From the NCBI GenBank assembly GCA_951406725.2, contig OX597820.1, positions 99,882,001 through 99,946,000 on the forward strand: a DNA stretch of 64,000 nucleotides. Direction: 5' to 3'. Source of the DNA: Octopus vulgaris. Its lineage: Eukaryota. The notes under the pieces were generated by a model. That model had not been told where the DNA came from. It saw only the letters and a list, made by a program, of their open reading frames with translations, and did not search any database. Positions 55,512-64,000 of this stretch are shown here, piece by piece. Position numbers and translations under genes: made by a program. Each line of letters begins with the position of its first letter. Within the stretch, counting starts at the first letter, position 1.

Positions 55512-56127
55512 TAGAAATTATGGCAAAGATTCTGTCAAACATTTTGGAGGTTGTTTCAGGATGAGTGGCTATGAGGATGAGAATGTTCGTCATTACTCAT
55601 ATGTGAACGACAACGGTTCACTAACAAGTCATAAAAAATTAAGGTACAATGAAGCGGATTTTTCTTATAGCCACGGCAAAGGAAATTAATATGTGAATAA
55701 GCAGGTGCACCTGCTTATTATCCCTGTATTTGTACCAGCCCCTTTTGTTGCTTCTTTAATTAAATATGTTCATTTTTCATATTGTCTTGCTTGCGGCACT
55801 AACTCCCATATTTCTCGCTGGCTCTAATATTCCCGTCTTTTCAACTCGCAGTACTTGATTTCGGCTCCATTACTTGCTTAGTACTTTATTTTATCGACCA
55901 CGAAAGAATGAAAGGCAAAGTTGAGTTCCTTGGGATTTGTTTAAACTCAGAGCGTAAAGATCCGGGAGAAAGGACGCATAGAATTTTGTCCGATGCATTT
56001 GTAATTCTGCAAATTACTATTAATAATAATTGTAATAAATGATGATGACGACGACGACGACAACAACGATGACGATGATGATGATGATAATGATGATGAT
56101 GATGATGATGATGACCAAGACAACGAC

Positions 56128-56174
<47 letters not shown>

Positions 56175-56810
56175 CGATGATGATGATGATGATGATGATG
56201 AGGTGGTGGAGGAGGAGGAGGAGGAGAAGAAGAAGAAGAAAAAGAAGAAGAAGAAGAAGAAAAAGAAGAAGAAGAAGAAGAAGAAGAAGAAGAAACAGAA
56301 AAAGAAGAAGAAGAAGAAGAAGAAGAAGAAGAAGAAGAAGAAGAAGGACAACTTGAGGACTTAAACTGCAGCACAATGTATAATCCATTTCATTTAACAA
56401 GAATTCGATTAGTTTTACAAAGGAAGATTTCTTTTAAAGGAAGATCTTATTCAAGGTACCTATCGTTCGTGTAATGCTGCAATGTAGTTGCTTGCAAAAT
56501 GCTTTCTGACCAAAATCTTCGAGTAGTAATGCTAATTCCCATCGTTCCAGAAATGATGCAAATATTGCATGTTTTATCTTCGTACACAGATTGATTCTCC
56601 TACTTGTTAGTCACAGATGACAAATTCTTAAATACTAATCTTTGCTTTGTTCATTTCATGTTTGTATTCCTCCAAGCATGAAGTACTGGCGATGAAGTTA
56701 TTTCAACCATGAGTAGGAGTCTCGTGTCATTATTTATTTGAACGGACACAGATAAGTTATTAATTTTGATATGAAGAAAAATGCGTGGCGATTTGCAGAG
56801 CCAAATTTAA

Positions 56811-57030
56811 CCCTTTGCCTATCATATTTGATACACTGGATATATTTCTTGGCGTCCATGCATCATATATGATCCACATTCCCAGTTTTCAGCCATTAGA
56901 ATAACTTGGTACTTTCGAAAGGAAAGCTTTGTATTACTCAGAACGTATAAAATAAGAGCTAACTAAATGTCTGAAAGCAAGCATGAACGTTTAAGATATA
57001 CTTATGAAAATGCTTTGGACAGGCAAAGGG
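56811..57030. mobile_element. piggyBac-like MITE
   Basis: TTAA-ccctttgcct ... aggcaaaggg-TTAA. Confidence 0.8.
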
Positions 57031-58330
57031 TTAACCTAACGACGCAGTTTCCATAATCATTTAAAGGTTTTTCTCTGAACTTACACGGTTAGAACATCTG
57101 ACAACTGCAGTATTATTACACTGTCTCGTATTTACGCCTTGAAAATATAATTTGAATGATTCTAAAAGAAAACTTATACACAAATAGCAATTTTTTTTTT
57201 TTTAGGTGAAGTTGTTCATTGTCTACTGATCCTTCTATTTTTACCAATCCTCTTTTCCGCCATTTTTATTTAATATATCTATTTTCCATATTGCCTTGTT
57301 TGCAGTGCTGATCTTTCTATCTCCTCACTTTAATTTTCATATTTCCTCCTCTTCAACTCGCACATCATTAGTTTCTTTCGGCTTTTAACTTCCTTACCAT
57401 CGCCTTACCATTTCAATACTTTTCTTTTGCTCGACTTTAGTTTAAGTGACAAAACCCCAATTTTTCTAACTCTCAGATGAAAATAAAGTACTCCAAAGGT
57501 TACATTCTACTTGGTTCACGGCGAGTGAATTTACCAAAGCCTCTTATTGAGTAATTGCTGCCAAATAAGACCATTATCAGTTATATCAGATTCGGGGGTT
57601 TACCTTCACATAATGAATATGGATGCGATGAAAGAAGACGATAGAAGACTTTACACTTTATCGCTCAAATTAAGCTCAAATTCTCTAGACGTTTATTTTT
57701 ATCTTTTATAAAGGGACAGTACGAATACCATATTAAAACACATGGTTTAACAAACTAATATCATCTCTTCATTATAAAAGTTTACATCAACGTCCCAAGC
57801 ATAAGGCTCTTGAATTATTTTTGCACCACCATTTGTTACAAGCATGTACTCTGAAAATTTATACCATGGGAATAGTTATTTTCCACGTATTATTACTCTT
57901 GTATCCTGCTTTCTCCACTTACACCTCCACTTACCTTCTCTATTGCATTTTATTCTGGTATAAATTTAGTCACTATAACTAATATTGAATTGGGGTGGAA
58001 ATGCGTATTCTGCATCATATTGTATCTTTACCAACTAATGTTTATTTCTCTTATTTGTTTTGTTTTGTTGTTTTTTGTTTTTTTGTATGATGTATATACT
58101 ACACTACAATGACTGCATTTAGATGCACGTTCAACTATCTTTTTTTTTTTCATACATGATCAGCTATACCCTATTTATCTTCTTCGATAAGATACAAAAG
58201 ATATGCGGCCCATATGACAACAGGAAAGTATTCAAGAGTAATACAACACTTCGCAAATATCTCCTTCGTGTAAAACCACCAATAGAAGAGAATATAACCA
58301 AAGGCTGCGTGTACTCCATCCCATGCAGCT

Positions 58331-58665
58331 CAGGTGTAGCAGGAGGCCGTGGACCCGAAAGATGGCGATCCACGCCCGGTCGGGACGAAGCCAGAGGAAA
58401 CTCTGGTGGAAGTCCGAAACATCTCTGACGTGCAAATCGATCGTTGGAACCGGGTGTAGGGGCAAAAGACCAATCGAGCCGTCTAGTAGCTGGTTCCCTC
58501 CAAAGTTTCCCTCAAGATAGCTGGCGCCAGCGGGAGAACGACACGCAATTCTGTCCGGTAAAGTGAACGACTGGAGGCCCCGGGACGTTGACGGCCTCGA
58601 TCTACTCTCGAACTCGGAACGGGCGAAACGGGCCGCTCCTCTCCCGATCGGAGGCGGCTGTATAT
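58331..58665 (+). rRNA. 28S (LSU) rRNA fragment, non-functional
   Basis: Conserved LSU blocks ggacccgaaagatgg, gaagccagaggaaactctggtgga, ctgacgtgcaaatcgatcg, tctagtagctggttccctcc.aagtttccctca.gatagctgg, tccggtaaag. Confidence 0.9.
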
Positions 58666-58818
58666 CGGCTGGAAAGTACGAAAACTAAAAGAAGTAGCAC
58701 ATATGCTAGGACACAACCTCCTAAGCAGACCGAGTGCAGATATGAATAGCATATGGGAACCGGTATTAAGGAAGGATAGGAGAATATTAGATGTATAAGC
58801 CCTAAAATTCACTCCATA

Positions 58819-58890
58819 ACCACTATGGCATAGTGGTTAAGAGCGCGGGCTACTAATCCCAAGATTCCGAATTCGTTTCCAAGCAGTGAC
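58819..58890 (+). pseudogene. tRNA-like sequence (imperfect cloverleaf, ACT in anticodon position)
   Basis: cact-atggcatagtggttaagagc (A box), ggg-ctactaa-tcc loop, ttcg T-loop-like motif, cagtg acceptor partner. Confidence 0.55.
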
Positions 58891-58909
58891 CCGAATAATA
58901 ATAATAATG

Positions 58910-58972
<63 letters not shown>

Positions 58973-59089
58973 TCATCGGAAAATACATTAGTAATTATAA
59001 CTCAGGTTCGAAATTTCCAAGGTTGGCGGATATATCAGCCGAAACGCTGTGTTAACAACAAACAAGATGAGGACAAATAATGTAAATAA

Positions 59090-59388
59090 ACACATCACTT
59101 GTTCAATCGGTCCCTAAACCTCACCCACCGTCTTGGCGCCGTGTGACTTTTAGTTCTTCTCCAAATTGAAAACCACGCTGAAGGGGAAGTGATTTGGGTC
59201 GCGAGAGAAAATAATGAGGAAGGTGACGGTGGAGGTCGATAGCATTCCAGAGAAGGCATTCCAAAGAATCGGTGGAAGAAGTGTGTGAACTGACAAGGGG
59301 AGTATTTTGAAGGTGATTAAATAAAATTTCTGAAATGTACAATTTCTTTTATGTCCAAAGGTCGGATACTTTTTAAACACACTTCATA
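59090..59388 (+). mobile_element. Mariner 3' fragment
   Basis: SPTVLAPCDF*FFSKLKTTLKGK (YSPDLAPCD motif), GEYFEGD* end and terminal atactttttaaacacac. Confidence 0.8.
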
Positions 59389-59786
59389 TAAGGAATATAT
59401 TTTAAAATCTGTAGCGTGTTTCAACTTTACGGATATTATCCGTTAGTGTAATACTAAAAGTGAACTACAACTTCCCAACATGTTTGCCTCTCAACGTGAG
59501 CCAAATAAAAATCTCAAACGTGCCACTAGAACTATACTATTGAAGGTTGATGAAATGCGTGATTTCAGTGGGGACAGGGCTAACAAGTTAATAGAGATAA
59601 AAAGATTTGGAAGGAAAATAGATTTGAAAAAAAATTGAAAAAGATTTGAAAAAAAATTGAAAAAGATTTGAAAAAAGATTTGAAAGGTTGGGATGGTATT
59701 GAAAGTCTTGATTTAAGTGAAACCTGAGATACTGGGCAGTAGAGATTCCAGGAATATAGTGGAAGGTATACAGCCTTGTTGCTAAC

Positions 59787-60007
59787 TGGCAGAGACGTTA
59801 GCACGCCGGGCGAAATACTTAGCAGTATTTCGTCTGCCGTTACGTTCTGAGTTCAGATTCCGCAGAGGTTGACTTTCTCTTTCGTCCTTTCGGGGTCGAT
59901 TAAATAAGTACCAATTTCGCACTGGGGTCGATGTAATCGTCTTAATCCCTTTGTCTGTCCTTGTTTGTCCCCTTCATGTTTAGCCCCTTGTGGGCAATAA
60001 AGAAAAA
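59787..60007 (+). mobile_element. SINE family B
   Basis: Aligns to the reverse complement of 55278-55511. Confidence 0.9.
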
Positions 60008-61172
60008 TAAAGAAACATATAACTGTTCAAACACTAATCATTTCAGTGCCTTCTGCCATCACCAACAACAGAAAGTGAGAGTTGAAAGAAGCATGGGTAG
60101 TGTAAATGCACGAAGCCTGGGGAAGCATGGTTACCTACTGGACGACATCAGGTCACCACTGGATACAGATCAGAATTTCTGATCCACGTCGTTATCGTCG
60201 TCGTCATCATCATCATCATCATCATCATCATTATCATCCCCACGACTACCACCACCGTCATCATCATCATTACCAAATTTATCAGTCATTATTGTCAATA
60301 TTATCACTATTGTCACGTTATTGTTGTTAATTATTAATCGTGCAGCTTAATCGCCAATTCCTGTTGCAAGTTTTGCTATTTCCCTTCATCCCATTTCACG
60401 TATTCTTACGCAAACAGAGAATAATTGAATATGTGTGCGTGTTTGTGTGCGTGTCTGTGTGTGTGTCTATGTGTGTGTGTGTCTGAGCGTATTCTATATA
60501 GATATATGTACATATAATATACATATAGATTTATGTATGTATACTATTTTATATGCGTATTGAAAATAAATTTGACAAGGACTCAGGAATTATACTTTAA
60601 TTTTGGCATGATAATTAAATGTAACTGCTGGTTTTGGTAACTAATAGCATTGATCACGATCACGAAGATCGCAACATTGGAAATCAGAACCGGTAATGCT
60701 ACTCTTAAAAGCAAAGAAGATCAGTGAAGATTAATATACGGATTCGCTTGCTATGCTTAGGAAAATCTTGAATTAGTTAAATCGACAACGTTAAATTAAA
60801 CCTCGGTAGTTTCATATAGCTGTACAAGCACGATATGCTAGTTACCGTTTTGAATACGGTTAGAATCAAATTATACTGTTTGTGTGATGATTCTTTATCG
60901 TTCGATCCGCATTGAAGTCGTGATCAGTATGACTCCTGTTCTGGCAAAACATATTCAGGGTTACTTAACCAAATACACACACACACACACACAAACATTT
61001 ATGCATATATTTACATACATACACATATATATAATATATAGATAGATAGAGAGAGAGAGAGAGATGCATGTATACTGATCATTTTCTCTCTCTCTCTCTC
61101 TCTCCATTTTTTCCTTTCATCCTTTTCTGTTGAAAAACGTAGGCTTGAAAGATATATATAACCAGTCTTAGC

Positions 61173-61216
<44 letters not shown>

Positions 61217-61227
61217 GCTAAGACTGG

Positions 61228-61263
<36 letters not shown>

Positions 61264-61435
61264 ATTAAAAGGGCAAGCAACAGGCTGCTTCGCCGCATAC
61301 CGAAGGAATTAGAAATGGCAGTCAAAGACTGTTTTTTCCATTTTCTATAAGTGGAGATTCCATATACGACGGACCCCGCGATTCACATACGCAAAATCGG
61401 AGTAGCAAATAAACGAAAACAATCTCTTACCGTTA

Positions 61436-61497
61436 ATAGTGAACATGTTTCTAGATCACAAGCTCGAAAATAGCTTGATTTCCTTCGTCAACACTAT
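61436..61497 (-). ncRNA. Type I hammerhead motif (TTGACGA core)
   Basis: Minus strand: atagtg-TTGACGA-aggaaatcaagct..agcttgtgatcta-GAAAC-at-GTT-cactat, with palindrome AACATGTT. Confidence 0.65.
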
Positions 61498-61685
61498 ATT
61501 CGATAGATTTGCCAAATGCCACAAGCCCTCACCTCTGACCAAGCGACATCAGATAGTGGGACTATATACTGAACTTTACAAAAGTTCCTGACGATGAATT
61601 TGTCATATTTACATACCGAAATATACCGGTAAATAATTGTTGGTTATATGAAAAACCACTGAAAAATTATTTACCATTTTTATTG

Positions 61686-61733
<48 letters not shown>

Positions 61734-61739
<6 letters not shown>

Positions 61740-61933
61740 GCTAAGACTGGTTTGTGAGATTACCTTGAGTTTCACGTCCATAAAGGGCTTAGCTTTAGGG
61801 CGTATCATCTGATCCCAAAACCTTAGGCCTTAAGCCAACAGCTTTTCGGATCTAATGATTCGCCATAAAGCGAAGCCCTTTATGGACATGAAACCTAATG
61901 TAATCCCATAAACCGAGCTTATCTAACTTTAAT
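61734..61933. mobile_element. Foldback element with two divergent hammerhead motifs
   Basis: ~85-bp arms. Plus arm: ggat-CTAATGA..ccataaag..ctttatgg..GAAAC-ctaat-GTA-atcc. Minus arm: ggat-CAGATGA..GAAAC-tcaag-GTA-atct. Confidence 0.75.
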
Positions 61934-61989
61934 ATGTACTGCTTTATAACTTAGAGTGTAGCTTCTTTTTTTTTTTTTGATTTATGTTT

Positions 61990-62288
61990 TTACAAAGAAT
62001 TGTCAGTTCCATTTTTGATCATTCCAAGTGCTCCTACAATCACTGGTATTGAAACTGTCTTGAGACGCCACACTGTTTTGATTTCAATCAGCAAATCTTT
62101 GTGATCACAAGGCATGCTCATGTCAATCAATGAACAGATTTTATTGTTTTGGTCTTTCACAACAATATTTTCTTTATTAGCTTTGGTGGTCTGGTCTGTC
62201 TGTACTGGAAAGCCCCAAAGAATCGTTACGTTTCTTCCCTTAGTTACAGCCTCAGTATGGTGCTTGAATTATTTGTCAGCATTTTTGA

Positions 62289-62290
<2 letters not shown>
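61990..62290 (-). mobile_element. R4/Dong RLE-domain fragment next to (TAA)n
   Basis: ILWGFPVQTDQTTKANKENIVVKDQ..LIDMSMPCD..IPVIVGALGMIK. Confidence 0.8.
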
Positions 62291-62359
<69 letters not shown>

Positions 62360-62361
<2 letters not shown>

Positions 62362-63101
62362 CTTGGCTTTTACTTTGTATTTGTACAAGTTGATTCCGAG
62401 TCTCACCCAGAGACCTCAAGAGACAAGATGGTGTTATGACTAGGATGCCATATATTTGGGTTTGCACAGAGTATTGCTCTAGAAAATTTCTGTCAAAACA
62501 TAAATAAATTATAAGTTGGTTTTAATAGCAATTTCATTATAAGATGATAGTGTGATGTTAAAATGACCGTAAAAGGTATTTGCTGTTATGTACATTTAAA
62601 AGTATTTTGACTCTGTTTACGGATTGAAATATTTTGGGGATTGCATAGACAATATTTTACGTAGGATATAAGCAGTTCCCATGAACACTATTTTTTGAAT
62701 TTCTGCTATTTTTTAATTTCCTGGTATCTGAGCTATGTTGCAGTCAAACTCTTTTGCTATCATTCCTAAGGTACCTATGACAACAGGTATTGTTTAAGTC
62801 TTGTTTCCAGAGGTGAATTATTCAAAGCTCTTAAGAATTCCTTTCAACACATGGCTATGATGCACCCCGACTACTTCTGCTCGTGATCAGAGATGCATAT
62901 ATCGTCAGCCACTGAAGGACATGCTCATCTGGTTAAGGTCAAGCAACTGACAAATAAATATGTGGCATTGAGCTGTAGCCCATCTTTTATATCAAGATAA
63001 AACATGTACGTGATAACACTTCCAATCACTGAAGATCAGAGCCATGAAAACTAGTGCCTGGTATTTCATCAGGGCATATTGAGCAGAATATTTATTGTAG
63101 C

Positions 63102-63105
<4 letters not shown>
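62360..63105 (-). mobile_element. Short composite element: non-coding 5' part plus R4/Dong 3' end, between (TAA)n tracts
   Basis: IPVVIGTLGMIAK..IAQIPGN..EIQKIVFMGTAYILRKILSM at ~62640-62795, with a 3' UTR running into (TAA)n. Confidence 0.65.
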
Positions 63106-63135
<30 letters not shown>

Positions 63136-63138
63136 ATT

Positions 63139-63174
<36 letters not shown>

Positions 63175-63689
63175 GAATGAAAAGGGTGCAGGAATTACGC
63201 AAACAACTAAGTCTCCATTGGTTTGTCTAAATCACAGATAAACAGCCATCGCTACTCGTTTGTAAGTCGGTTACATATACGCCATTTGTTTGCTCAATCA
63301 CAGTTAGTCATATCGAAAGAACAACAATTAAATTTGTTGATCGGGAAATTCCTATTGAAATAGAAACAAAATATGTTGATATATACAGATCATATGAAAG
63401 AAGATACAAACAAGATAACTTCATTTGTTAAATAAGCCCCAAATTTTTAATCTCTATCTTTATATCTTTTATTGCGTCAGTCTTTGGACTGCGCTCACGC
63501 TGGAGCATCGCCGTTAAGGGTTTAATCAAACAAATCAATAATTATCAAACTTATTTTTAAATCTAGTACTTATTCTTTCGATATATTTAGTCGAACACGG
63601 AGATATTGATAGACGCAAACAAATACTGGTTGTGAAGCTGTCTTACACGTCCTTTTCAAAAGAACACTTCCATGGTACTGTTAGGTATA

Positions 63690-64000
63690 ATAGGTATAAA
63701 TGCTAGGTAGTAGGTATAAATACACCAGTCATACCAGTAATATATAAGAAATTCAATATGGTAAACTAGAGACTCAGTTGGAAAATTTACACGGAGAAGC
63801 AAGAAAACTACTGACAGCATATCGAAATCACCACCCAAAAGCAGGTATAGACAGAATGTACCTACCCCACACAGAAGGAGTTTAACGCCTGATACAAATA
63901 GAAAACAACTATGAAATAAAATAACAACAGCCGGACAAGGAAAATATTTAGAAATAGAGGAAGACTGAACATACAAGAAATCAACAAAGTACAAAGCAGA
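63690..64000 (+). mobile_element. R4/Dong fragment (runs off the window end)
   Basis: INTPVIPVI...ARKLLTAYRNHHPKAGIDRMYLP, the same region as ~43170-43330. Confidence 0.7.

Larger units (their letters stand above)
58160..59090 (+). mobile_element. Penelope-like element 3' end (GIY-YIG interrupted by 28S rRNA; tRNA-like module in tail)
   Basis: KVFKSNTTLRKYLLRVKPP..GCVYSIPCS, then after the insert WKVRKLKEVAHMLGHNLLSRPSADMNSIWEPVL. Confidence 0.8.

Noticed and set aside
1264-56400. Dozens of ORFs rich in YI, VC, HT, MYVC, poly-K/E/S/R
   Set aside because: They are translations of (TA)n, (TG)n, (TATG)n, (GAA)n and similar microsatellites, not genes.
58331-58665. Functional rDNA locus
   Set aside because: Only ~335 nt of 28S, with no 18S/5.8S/ITS context, embedded in a retroelement.
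59600-59690. aagatttgaaaaa repeats as a CRISPR-like array
   Set aside because: Low-complexity tandem repeat without unique spacers, in a eukaryotic context.
63060-63075. Minus-strand ctgatga as an HHR core
   Set aside because: No downstream stem II-GAAAC-GTH arrangement was found.

Overview
AT-rich, microsatellite-dense eukaryotic DNA made mostly of decayed transposable elements. From recall of the SINE families and repeat landscape it is most likely intronic or intergenic DNA of an octopus or other coleoid cephalopod (not database-verified). No host protein-coding gene can be called with confidence, and most ORF-track entries are microsatellite translations. Recognisable content: three tRNA-headed SINE families, R4/Dong-type and RTE-type LINE remnants, several Tc1/mariner relics (one a foldback), TTAA-flanked MITEs and three Penelope-like element (PLE) fragments. 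The main hidden signal is a dispersed set of more than ten type I hammerhead ribozyme (HHR) motifs with palindromic, dimer-type stem III. They lie on short non-coding PLE-derived inserts at (TA)n tracts, several as divergent inverted pairs, and several unrelated copies share a CCGANGA core variant. One PLE has the middle of its GIY-YIG domain replaced by about 335 nt of 28S rRNA and carries a tRNA-like module plus an HHR remnant in its 3' tail.
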